Shown piece after piece: positions 1 through 7,789 of a DNA stretch of 26,490 nucleotides (position 1 is its first letter; every line of letters begins with the position of its first letter). The translations under genes and the position numbers were made by a program. This DNA comes from Candidatus Eiseniibacteriota bacterium (GTDB lineage Bacteria > Eisenbacteria > RBG-16-71-46): NCBI GenBank assembly GCA_031370785.1, contig JANMQY010000126.1, forward strand, positions 1 to 26,490, written 5' to 3'. Under the pieces are notes generated by a model. The model was not told the DNA's origin. It did not search any database and saw only the letters and a program-made list of their open reading frames with translations.

Positions 1-34
1 GCCAGGCCGACGCCGGCGTCTGTGCACCGACGCC

Positions 35-54
35 TGGTCGTCATTTGGTCGTCA
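35..54. repeat. Tandem 9-bp direct repeat TGGTCGTCA (11-bp period), candidate integrase arm-type sites
   Basis: TGGTCGTCA at 35-43 and 46-54, about 120 bp beyond the tRNA 3' end. This arrangement is typical of tyrosine-integrase att arms. Confidence 0.55.
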
Positions 55-99
55 GTTCCGCGACGTTTCCAGTCGCGAAATGGACGCTCCTGACGCGTG

Positions 100-130
100 A
101 AGAAGGGCGCCCCGGTTTCCCGGAACGCCC
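100..130 (-). terminator. Intrinsic terminator-like hairpin downstream of tRNA-Arg
   Basis: Minus strand reads GGGCGTTCCGG-GAAA-CCGGGGCGCCC-TTCTT: an 11-bp stem with two G.U pairs (fully paired only on the minus strand), a GNRA loop and a short T-rich tail. Confidence 0.65.
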
Positions 131-170
131 CGTGGCAGTGCATGAACAGCGGATTCTGCCCTGAAAAGGT

Positions 171-247
171 TGGTGGCCCCGGCTGGAGTCGAACCAGCGG
201 CACGCGGTTTAGGAAACCGCTGCTCTATCCGTCTGAGCTACGGGGCC
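171..247 (-). tRNA. trnR-CCT: tRNA-Arg, anticodon CCU, 77 nt, CCA encoded
   Basis: GGCCCCG/CGGGGCC acceptor stem, D arm GCTC..GAGC, anticodon arm GCGGT-TTCCTAA-ACCGC, T arm GCTGG-TTCGACT-CCAGC, ACCA end. Confidence 0.97.
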
Positions 248-258
248 ACGAGCCGGCG

Positions 259-287
259 ACTGTGTGCGATTGCTTCAGGTGGCGCAA
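259..287 (-). promoter_or_regulatory. Putative sigma70 promoter of the intact tRNA
   Basis: TTGCGC (287-282)-N17-CACAGT (264-259), 11 nt before tRNA +1. The same -35 and spacing recur at 4384-4412. Confidence 0.65.
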
Positions 288-456
288 GCGGGCTGCTCCG
301 TTACTTGAGGGACTTCGGAGCCCGCTTGCCGCGCCTCGGGAGCCGCCGGTTCGACGAACCGTCGCAACGGTTCAAGATCCTCCCGGGAGACGACAGCTTC
401 GGTCTCGGGCTGCTGGCCACTACGGTAGGACCGAACGCTCGTGACACCGGCACCTT

Positions 457-3400
457 TCATCGGCCGCTCGAGCGCCCCGAGGGTTTTGGCGTCGGTAGTT
501 CGGCCAGCACGCTCTCCACCTCTTTCGGCTCAGGTGGTTTGACGAAATGGTGGTTGAAGCCCGCTTCCGCCGTTCGCCGACGATCTTGTTGCTGGCCCCA
601 GCCCGTCAGCGCCGCCAGCACGACGTTCTCCAGGCCGGGCTGCTCCCTCATCCGGCGTGCGACCTCATAGCCGTCCATGCCGGGCATTCCGATGTCCAGG
701 AACACGACATCTGGCGCATAGCCCCGCGCCATCTCCAGCGCCGCCGGGCCGTTGTGCGCGACTCGCACCTCGTGGCCTTGCAGCCGGAGCAACATCGCGA
801 GACTGACGGCGGCGTCCTGGTTGTCATCTACGACCAGCAGCCGGTGACCGGAAGATCGAGCAGGCTCTTGTTGCGGTTCCCTGCATTCTCTTTCATTCGG
901 CTGACGAGGCTTGTCAACCATGAGCGGTAACCGCACGACGAACTCGCTGCCTTTGTCCGTCCCGTCGCTGCGCGCCTCGACGGTCCCGCCGTGCATCTCG
1001 ACGAGATTCTTCACGAGGGTCAGTCCGATACCCAGCCCGCCCTGCGCCTTCGTGGAAGCAGGGTCCACCTGGACGAACAACTCGAAGACGTGCGGGAGCA
1101 TGTCCGGTGCGACACCGATGCCGTTGTCTCGCACCCGCAACACCGCTTGATCGCCGTCTCGTTGAGCCGTCAGCCGAATGTGTCCGTTCGCCTCGGTATA
1201 TTTCGCTGCGTTCGTCAACAAGTTGCCGACGACCTGGGCCAGTCGGACTGGGTCGGCGTCCAGGAGCAGCGATTCGGACGGAAGGGAGAGTTCGAGCCGG
1301 TGTCCCTGGACCTCGATCAGCGGCTGGGCCGTCTCCACCGCGCGGGCGACCACGGTGGCCAATTCCACCGTCTCCTTGCGTAACTCGATCTTTCCCCGCA
1401 TGACACGCGACACGTCCAGCAGATCGTCCACGAGTCGGACGAGGTGGTGGACCTGACGCTCCATCATGTCCCTGGTTTTCTGGACCATCGCCGCATCGAC
1501 CCTCGGCATCTTGAGGATTTGAAGCGAATTGCGGATCGGGGCAAGCGGGTTGCGCAGCTCATGGGCCAACGTCGCCAAGAACTCGTCTTTGCGGCGGTCG
1601 GCATCCCGCAGCGCCTCTTCCATTCTCTTGATGTCGCTGATATCGGTGTTCGTCCCGAACCAGTAAAGGATGCGGCCGTTCTCGTCCCGCAGCGGATTGA
1701 CTCGTGTGAGGAAGGGATGGAATTGTCGGTCCACCCCCCTGAGAGGAAACACCATGTCGAACGGCTCGCCGCTGGCGATCGACCCCTTCCATCGCTCGAG
1801 CACTTTGGGCAGTACGTCCGGATCGTGCACGGACTGCCAGCCCCAGCCCTCCATTTGCTCCGGGGTGGTACCGGTGTACTCGTACCAGCGGCGGTTGTAC
1901 CAGAAGATGTGGCCGTCCGGCCTTGCCATCCATGCCAACTGCGGGATCGTATCCGCCATCAGCCGCAGCTTTTCTTCGCTCTCCCGCAGTGCGGCTTCGG
2001 CCCGCCTGCGGGCGGTGATGTCGTCGTGGACCAGTACGACCTCCCGGACCTTCCCGGCGTCGTCCTTGAGGGGGTAGGCGACGGCGGCGACCCACCGCAC
2101 CGGATCCTGGTGTCGGGTTTGGTTGGGGATCGTCTCATTGGGGTCGTACTCAATCGCCGGGATGAAGGCCGTCTCCCCGGCGAAGGCTTGTCGGATGTAC
2201 GAGAGAACACCTTTCGCCTCGAGCTGCTCGTCCGCCAGGATGTTGTACCCGTCTATCTGGTCGAGGGTGACGCCCCACAACTCCTCCCACGCCCGATTGA
2301 CCCGCACGGTGCGCCCGTCCGGTGCAAACACCTGCACGCTGAACGGGGCCTGTTCCATCAGCCCCCGGAACCTTCCCTCGCTCGCTCGCAAAGACTCTTC
2401 GAGGCGCCTGCGTTCGCTGATGTCCCGCAAATACGCCGTGAACAGCGGCGGACCGTCTGTCGGGATGCGCGTGATCGCCAGTTCCACGAGGAACTCCGTC
2501 CCGTCCGCACGCAAGGCGGGGAGTTCGAGTCGCTTGCCGAGGACCGGCCCTTCTCCGGTAGCGAGGTAATGCGCCATGCCCCGATGGTGGCTGTCCCGCA
2601 GTGAGGGCGGAATGATGAGATCGGCGAGCTCCTGGCCAACGACTTCGGCCCGGCTGTAGCCGAACGTCTTCTCCGCGGCGGGGTTGAACTCGACCACCTT
2701 GCCCTCGCGGTCCATCGTGATGATGCAGTCCAGCGCCGTTTCCAGAATCGCTGCTTTGCGGGCCTCGCTCGCGCGCAATTCGTTCTCGGACCGACGCTGT
2801 TCGGTCACATCCCTGAACACCAGGACCACGCCCGCCAGCGAGCCGGTTGCATCAAGAATGGGGGCAGCGGAGTCGTCGATCGGCCTCTCCGTGCCGTCTC
2901 TGGCGATCAGGACCGTGTGGTTGCCCAAGCCCACGACGCGGCCCTCTCGCAGGACTTCGATGACCGGATTCTCGACCGGAAGGCGAGTCTGCTCGTGGAG
3001 GACGTGGAATACCGTGGCGAGAGGTCGCCCGTGGGCGTCCTCCTGGCTCCAGCCCGTCAGGTCCTGGGCGACGGAATTCAGGAACGTGACACGGCCCTGG
3101 GGGTCCGTGGCGATGACGGCATCCCCGATGCTGGCCAGCGTCACCCGCAGCCACTCCTGCTCCCGCTGCCGACCCTGCTCGGCGGATTTCCGCTCGATAC
3201 CTAGGGCAACCCCGTTGGCGACCGACGACATGGCCCCGAGGGTGGAGTTCGACAGTTTGTGGCGTGAGAACATCGCCATGACGCCCACGAGCCGGTCTTC
3301 CACTACGAGCGGATAGCCAGCGAAGGCGACCATACCTTCCTTCTTGGCCCACTTCCGGTCGCTCACACGAGGATCGCTCTCGACCGCGTTGGTCAGGTGC

Positions 3401-4083
3401 GGCTGACGTTCCTGGGCGATCACCCCGATCTTGTACTTGCCGACCGGAACCCGACTATGCGGTCCATCCAGATGCGTGTATAGACCGGCGCTGGCCCGGA
3501 GTTCCAGCACGTTGTCCCGCGGATTGAGCGTCCAGACGCGTGCGAATGCCCCATCCAGATGTCGGACCATCGCCTCGGTGCAGTGGTGCAGCATTTCGGG
3601 GAGATCGTCGCTCTGGGTGAGGGCGAGGCCCACGTCCTTGATGAAGCCGGCGAGCCGGACTTGCTCCTCGATGTCGTCCTGATTCTGCTTCCACTCCGTC
3701 CGGTCCCGCATGATCTTGGCGAAACCCCTGAGCTTGCGGCTTTCGTCCCACAAGGGCGTCATCGTCCCGCCGCACCAGAAGCGGGAGCCGTCCTTGCGGA
3801 CGTGCCAGCGGTCGTCGTTTCCACGACCCTGCTCCAACGCCTGCTGCATCTCCCGTTGGGGAAAGCCCTTCTCAATGTCCTCCGGGGTAAAGAAGAGGGC
3901 AATGGAATGCCCGATCACTTCTGCTTCCCGATAACCGAGCAGCCGTTCGGCCCCTGGGTTCCAGCTTTCCACTCGGCCTTCCGGGTCGATGACGAAGATG
4001 GCGTAGTCCTGGACGTTTTCGGCGAGCAGCCGAAAGAGCTCGCCCTCCCGTGCCTCCTGCGCTTTCTGCTGTCGATCCGCCAT
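457..4083 (-). CDS. Multi-PAS/GAF hybrid sensor histidine kinase with C-terminal receiver domain (1208 aa)
   Basis: PAS-GAF-4xPAS; H-box FLATLAHELRNPL; N-box NLLTNAAKY; G-boxes DNGIG and GGLGIGL; receiver domain VVDDN...FLDIGMPGMDG...KP. Confidence 0.95.
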   Translation of the reverse strand: MADRQQKAQEAREGELFRLLAENVQDYAIFVIDPEGRVESWNPGAERLLGYREAEVIGHSIALFFTPEDIEKGFPQREMQQALEQGRGNDDRWHVRKDGSRFWCGGTMTPLWDESRKLRGFAKIMRDRTEWKQNQDDIEEQVRLAGFIKDVGLALTQSDDLPEMLHHCTEAMVRHLDGAFARVWTLNPRDNVLELRASAGLYTHLDGPHSRVPVGKYKIGVIAQERQPHLTNAVESDPRVSDRKWAKKEGMVAFAGYPLVVEDRLVGVMAMFSRHKLSNSTLGAMSSVANGVALGIERKSAEQGRQREQEWLRVTLASIGDAVIATDPQGRVTFLNSVAQDLTGWSQEDAHGRPLATVFHVLHEQTRLPVENPVIEVLREGRVVGLGNHTVLIARDGTERPIDDSAAPILDATGSLAGVVLVFRDVTEQRRSENELRASEARKAAILETALDCIITMDREGKVVEFNPAAEKTFGYSRAEVVGQELADLIIPPSLRDSHHRGMAHYLATGEGPVLGKRLELPALRADGTEFLVELAITRIPTDGPPLFTAYLRDISERRRLEESLRASEGRFRGLMEQAPFSVQVFAPDGRTVRVNRAWEELWGVTLDQIDGYNILADEQLEAKGVLSYIRQAFAGETAFIPAIEYDPNETIPNQTRHQDPVRWVAAVAYPLKDDAGKVREVVLVHDDITARRRAEAALRESEEKLRLMADTIPQLAWMARPDGHIFWYNRRWYEYTGTTPEQMEGWGWQSVHDPDVLPKVLERWKGSIASGEPFDMVFPLRGVDRQFHPFLTRVNPLRDENGRILYWFGTNTDISDIKRMEEALRDADRRKDEFLATLAHELRNPLAPIRNSLQILKMPRVDAAMVQKTRDMMERQVHHLVRLVDDLLDVSRVMRGKIELRKETVELATVVARAVETAQPLIEVQGHRLELSLPSESLLLDADPVRLAQVVGNLLTNAAKYTEANGHIRLTAQRDGDQAVLRVRDNGIGVAPDMLPHVFELFVQVDPASTKAQGGLGIGLTLVKNLVEMHGGTVEARSDGTDKGSEFVVRLPLMVDKPRQPNERECREPQQEPARSSGHRLLVVDDNQDAAVSLAMLLRLQGHEVRVAHNGPAALEMARGYAPDVVFLDIGMPGMDGYEVARRMREQPGLENVVLAALTGWGQQQDRRRTAEAGFNHHFVKPPEPKEVESVLAELPTPKPSGRSSGR

Positions 4084-4249
4084 GCTCGGTCACTCTTTAC
4101 GGGTGGGTCGATCTCGGGACTCCCAGCAGGGAGCCGGGCCTGGAAGCATGAGCGTCAATTGTACCGACCTGCCTGTAGGAGAGCCAGACGACGAGACGCC
4201 GCCGCTTGCTGATTTCCGCCCACTGCCGGACCAACTGTCATCGTCGTGG

Positions 4250-4332
4250 CGCGCGTCATGTGCCGCTTGCCCCACTCGCGCATGACCTCGGTGATGGGGG
4301 CGCAGCGTCTTGCCGCAGTCGGTCAGCGGTAC
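4250..4332 (-). pseudogene. C-terminal remnant of an HxlR-family winged-helix regulator
   Basis: Reads LTDCGKTLRP/ITEVMREWGKRH across a 1-nt frameshift in the G run at 4296-4300. Resembles the HxlR tail Y.LT..G..L.P....M..WG..H. Abuts the tRNA half. Confidence 0.6.
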
Positions 4333-4337
4333 ATCTC

Positions 4338-4377
4338 AGGAAACCGCTGCTCTATCCGTCTGAGCTACGGGGCCACG
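4338..4377 (-). repeat. tRNA-Arg 5' half copy (37 nt plus 3 nt leader); att-like direct repeat
   Basis: 40/40 identical to 211-250. Identity stops right after the anticodon CCT. Confidence 0.95.
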
Positions 4378-4383
4378 GGGGCG

Positions 4384-4412
4384 ACTATCATGCGCGTCAG
4401 GGCCATGCGCAA
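4384..4412 (-). promoter_or_regulatory. Putative sigma70 promoter in front of the tRNA half at 4338
   Basis: TTGCGC (4412-4407)-N17-GATAGT (4389-4384)-CGCC. Boxes are conserved with 259-287 while the spacer has diverged. Confidence 0.65.
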
Positions 4413-4460
4413 GCCGGATGGGATACGGTGTGACCGCTATGCAACGCTTGGGCAAACCCA

Positions 4461-7004
4461 TCACCGGGCCGTTTGCGAGCCGTACTTCGCCAGCAGCGCC
4501 TTGAACCGCGGGTGATCGCGGATCGGATCCCAGCGCGGGTCGAGGCGCAGCGTGTGGATGCTGAGGAAAGAGGGCCCCACCAGCAGCCGCTCGATCTCGT
4601 CGAGAGCCGCCTCGGCGTCGCCGGCTTGCGCGAGGATTCGCGCGCGATCCTCCGCGAGGAGCGGGCGGTCAAAAGCGTCCTCGCGATAGACCACCGATTG
4701 CTCCAGCCAATGGGCCTCTTGCAGCGCCTCGTCACAACGCCCGAGTCCGGCCACCGCCATGCCGCGGGCCGCATGCACGCGCCAGTCGTCCGGGAGTTCA
4801 CGGAGTGCGGAGTCCAGACGCGCACGGGCCGAATCGAATGCCGCATGCGCCGCCGAGTGGTCGCTGCGCAACTGGTGCGCCCAGGCGGAGTACAGGGCGC
4901 TTGGCAGGAAGAGATCCTGCACCTCGATGACGTCGGGGTGTGCGATCTCAAGATTCAGCAGGTCGGCGGCGTTCCGTTCCCAGAGCAGGAGATCAGCACG
5001 GTTAGGAACTTCGAGATCCGCGTCGATTGGGACTCGGTTCAGTGCCGCACGCAGCGGATCGAGCTGCCCCAGCCAGAGAACGTGCGTCCTTCCTCGCTGG
5101 AGCGCTGCGTCCTGCAGGTCCGGCGCGAGGCTCAGAGCCCGGTCGAACGCGCCGACGGCATCGGCGTAGCGGTGCAAGCGATTATAGATATTGCCCAGAT
5201 CCATGAACAGCGTTGCGCTACGCGGATCGAGCTGCGCGGCTTTCTCAAATGCAGCGAAGAGCGCGTTCCAGTCTCCCAGCCGGCGGTTCACAGCCCCTAT
5301 TCGCCACCAGAGCTCGGCGTCATTGGGCAGTCCCTTGAGCGCGATCGCGAACTCGTCCAACGCCCGGCGGTAGTCGCGGTAGCCCCAGTAGTGCGACAGG
5401 CCCATCGCGGCGTGGGCCTGTGGCAGGACGGGCGCGAGCCGTAGTGCAGCTTCAGCTCCCTCGCGCTGGCGCGTCGCTCGTGCCACCGAGGGATCGTATC
5501 GCCACCAGTACATCGCGCCATGCACCTGCGAGACTGCCGCGTGCGCGAGCGCGAAGTTGGGGTCCAGCCCCAGCGCTCGCTCGTAGAGTTGCTGCGCGAG
5601 CTCAAAGTTCTGACGGAGATAGCCGGGGCGGGTCCAGTACTCGCGCCCCTGTAGATACAACCGGTAGGCCTCAGCATTCGCCGAGGGCGCCGCCGCGAGC
5701 CTCCCCTGTTCGGCACTGGTCAGTGCAGCCCCCACCGCCGCCACGACCTGCTGCGCCACCTCGCTCTGGATCGCGAACGCATCGTCAAGCTTCCGGTCGT
5801 AGCGCTCCGCCCAGCGATGCGCGTCCGTCACCGCATCGATCAGCTGCACGGTCACCCGCAGCCGTCCGCCCACTACCTGCACGCTCCCCTCCACCACGCT
5901 CCCCACCCCCAGCTCAGTTGCGATTACCTTGAGCGGCTTGGACGTGCCGTGGTAGCCCATCACCGAGGTCCGGCTGATCACCTTGAGCGCCGCTACCTTC
6001 GCGAGCTGGGTCAGCAGTTCGTCGTGCAGCCCGCCCGCGAAGTACGCATGCGGCCCTTCGGCACTCAGGTTCTGGAACGGGAGTACGGCGATCGCGGTGC
6101 GCTCGAGCACCGGAATGGCCGGGGCCGGTGGCGCCATCGCGACGATCGTGGCCGCCGATATGGCGGCCGATTCCCGGTGGGCGAGCGCCTCGGCGAACAG
6201 CGCGACCGGGCTGAACCGGTCGGCGGGGGTCTTGGCCAGCGCCCGCTGCACCGCCAACGCCACCCAGCCCGGTACCGCTGGTCGCAGATCGGTCACCGGG
6301 CGTGGTACGACCGAGAGATGCTGGTACATGAGACTCTCGACGGTGGGCCCGGTGAACGGCGGCTGCCCCGCAAGCATTTCGTACAGCACGCAGCCCAGAG
6401 AGTAGAGATCGCATCGGCCATCCAGATCCCTGGAGCCGGCAGCCTGCTCCGGGCTCATATACGCAGGTGTTCCCAGCGCCAATCCCGTCGCCGTCAGCGC
6501 GCCACCGCCGGCCACCGTGATCGCCAGCGCGATCCCGAAATCCGCGACCACCGCGTGCCCGCTCTGCAACAGGATGTTCTCCGGCTTGATGTCCCGGTGG
6601 ACCAGATCGCGGCTGTGCGCGTAGCTCAGCGCGTCGGCGACCTCGCGGGCGATCTGCAGCGCGTCGTCGAGCGGGAGCTGCTTCTCACGCGTGAGCCTCC
6701 CCCGTAGCGACTCCCCCTCCACGTAGGGCATAACGTAGTAAAGGAATCCACCCGCCTCGCCGGAGTCATGGAGCGGCAGGATGTGGGGGTGGGTCAGGCG
6801 CGCTGCGGTTTCGATCTCGCGCAGGAACCGCTCGGGGCCGATCTCCGCGGCCAGCTCCGGGCGCAGCACCTTGAGCGCGACCTGGCGGCGGTGCCGGAGG
6901 TCCTCCGCGAGGAACACCACCGCCATGCCCCCTGCGCCCAACTCGCGATTGATGCGGTAGCGCGAGACCAGCGCTTCTTGGAGGCGTTCGAGCAGATCGG
7001 CCAT
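4461..7004 (-). CDS. Hanks-type Ser/Thr protein kinase with TolB-like domain and TPR repeats (847 aa)
   Basis: LGAGGMAVV, VALK, HRDIKPEN, DFG, GTPAYMSPEQ; IAVLPFQNLS TolB-like segment; TPR-like helices. Start chosen at ATG 7004 (MADLLERLQ) after GGAG. Confidence 0.93.
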   Translation of the reverse strand: MADLLERLQEALVSRYRINRELGAGGMAVVFLAEDLRHRRQVALKVLRPELAAEIGPERFLREIETAARLTHPHILPLHDSGEAGGFLYYVMPYVEGESLRGRLTREKQLPLDDALQIAREVADALSYAHSRDLVHRDIKPENILLQSGHAVVADFGIALAITVAGGGALTATGLALGTPAYMSPEQAAGSRDLDGRCDLYSLGCVLYEMLAGQPPFTGPTVESLMYQHLSVVPRPVTDLRPAVPGWVALAVQRALAKTPADRFSPVALFAEALAHRESAAISAATIVAMAPPAPAIPVLERTAIAVLPFQNLSAEGPHAYFAGGLHDELLTQLAKVAALKVISRTSVMGYHGTSKPLKVIATELGVGSVVEGSVQVVGGRLRVTVQLIDAVTDAHRWAERYDRKLDDAFAIQSEVAQQVVAAVGAALTSAEQGRLAAAPSANAEAYRLYLQGREYWTRPGYLRQNFELAQQLYERALGLDPNFALAHAAVSQVHGAMYWWRYDPSVARATRQREGAEAALRLAPVLPQAHAAMGLSHYWGYRDYRRALDEFAIALKGLPNDAELWWRIGAVNRRLGDWNALFAAFEKAAQLDPRSATLFMDLGNIYNRLHRYADAVGAFDRALSLAPDLQDAALQRGRTHVLWLGQLDPLRAALNRVPIDADLEVPNRADLLLWERNAADLLNLEIAHPDVIEVQDLFLPSALYSAWAHQLRSDHSAAHAAFDSARARLDSALRELPDDWRVHAARGMAVAGLGRCDEALQEAHWLEQSVVYREDAFDRPLLAEDRARILAQAGDAEAALDEIERLLVGPSFLSIHTLRLDPRWDPIRDHPRFKALLAKYGSQTAR

Positions 7005-7228
7005 CTGCGTCTCGCTCCAATCCGGGCTACGGCCAGTCCCGAGGGGGTTCTGAGGCGGGACCGCGTCGGTTGAGGCGCACCAGCGCATGCGCCATTTCGG
7101 ATCGGAGGGCCCACCACGTGGTGGAATGGGCTGACGAAACGACGCGCGAGCGTAGCACGGCGTCACGAGGGAACCAATGCGCGAGGATCAGAACTCCCAC
7201 TGGCGCTCCGGATCTCTGCCTGTCGACC

Positions 7229-7347
7229 GTCCCGCGCGCGTCGTGGCCGCGGCGCTCGAAGTGCGCAACGATGCGCCCAATCGCCCCCGGCTCGATCACG
7301 GACGCGACGATTCGCATCTCACGGCCGCAGCGCGGGCAGCGTTCCAC
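7229..7347 (-). pseudogene. C-terminal remnant of an IS91-family-like (Y2) transposase
   Basis: CPRCGREMRIVASVIEPGAIGRIVAHF matches the C..CG..M.I...I.....I..IL.H tail of these transposases. No upstream body. Confidence 0.6.
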
Positions 7348-7395
7348 CCCATCCTGATGGACCTGGGCGCGCGTAGTTCTCGTCCATGCCGTAGG

Positions 7396-7467
7396 TCTCT
7401 TATTGGTACTGCCGCGCAAACCTTGAGCCATTCCCACCCGCAACTAGCGGTGCGGAAGAGCGCCCAT
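7396..7467 (+). pseudogene. Possible degenerate tyrosine-integrase C-terminal remnant
   Basis: SLIGTAAQTLSHSHPQLAVRKSAH resembles the box II tail (..V...LGH......T.RY.H) with both G and Y altered. Points toward the arm repeats and the tRNA half. Confidence 0.3.
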
Positions 7468-7493
7468 CGATTCGAGAGACCGCTGCTCTCGCC

Positions 7494-7597
7494 GGCTACG
7501 GTGGCTACGGTCTCATCGTCCATTCAGGTCCGGCGCAGTCTAGCGCAGTCCATAGACACGAAGCGCTCCACCGTCAGCATCCCGATGGAGCGCTTCG
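7494..7597. repeat. att-arm-like cluster: GGCTACGGT x2, GCGCAGTC x2 and a 12-bp perfect inverted repeat
   Basis: GGCTACGGT at 7494-7502 and 7503-7511; GCGCAGTC at 7533-7540 and 7543-7550; CGAAGCGCTCCA 7559-7570 / TGGAGCGCTTCG 7586-7597. Confidence 0.65.
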
Positions 7598-7665
7598 CAA
7601 TACATTCTCGCGACGTTCGTTGACTCGCTCGACTCGAATTCCTTCGATTGTCGTCCGGCCTCGTC

Positions 7666-7707
7666 AGGAAACCGCTGCTCTATCCGTCTGAGCTACGGGG
7701 CCACGAG
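7666..7707 (-). repeat. tRNA-Arg 5' half copy (37 nt plus 5 nt leader); att-like direct repeat
   Basis: 42/42 identical to 211-252. Breaks after the anticodon at the same base as the 4338 copy. Confidence 0.95.
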
Positions 7708-7712
7708 GCCAC

Positions 7713-7740
7713 AAGATAGCGCACTCAGTTCAACGGTGAA
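7713..7740 (-). promoter_or_regulatory. Putative promoter in front of the tRNA half at 7666
   Basis: TATCTT (7718-7713) lies 10 nt before tRNA +1; TTCACC (7740-7735) at 16-nt spacing. Confidence 0.45.
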
Positions 7741-7789
7741 ATCAAGCGTGCACGCGGTCCACCAGACCGCGGTCTCGTCGCCGATGGCC

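Noticed and set aside
547..4212. Long plus-strand ORFs opposite the histidine kinase, and similar antisense ORFs elsewhere (e.g. 11783-12817, 24682-25662)
   Set aside because: Shadow ORFs expected from GC-rich codon bias; no recognisable motifs.
4084..4337. Group I intron or split tRNA following the anticodon (tRNA-Arg CCU introns insert at this position)
   Set aside because: No separate 3' exon follows either half, no recognisable P7/catalytic core is present, and the DNA after this half reads as an HxlR remnant.
7131..7140. CTGACGAAAC hammerhead-like core
   Set aside because: The CUGANGA and GAAA motifs overlap, leaving no stem II.
7005..7166. N-terminal extensions given by the ORF track (also 10448-10582, 18399-18890, 21823-22116)
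   Set aside because: Family-typical starts lie downstream. The extensions overlap other genes or look non-coding.
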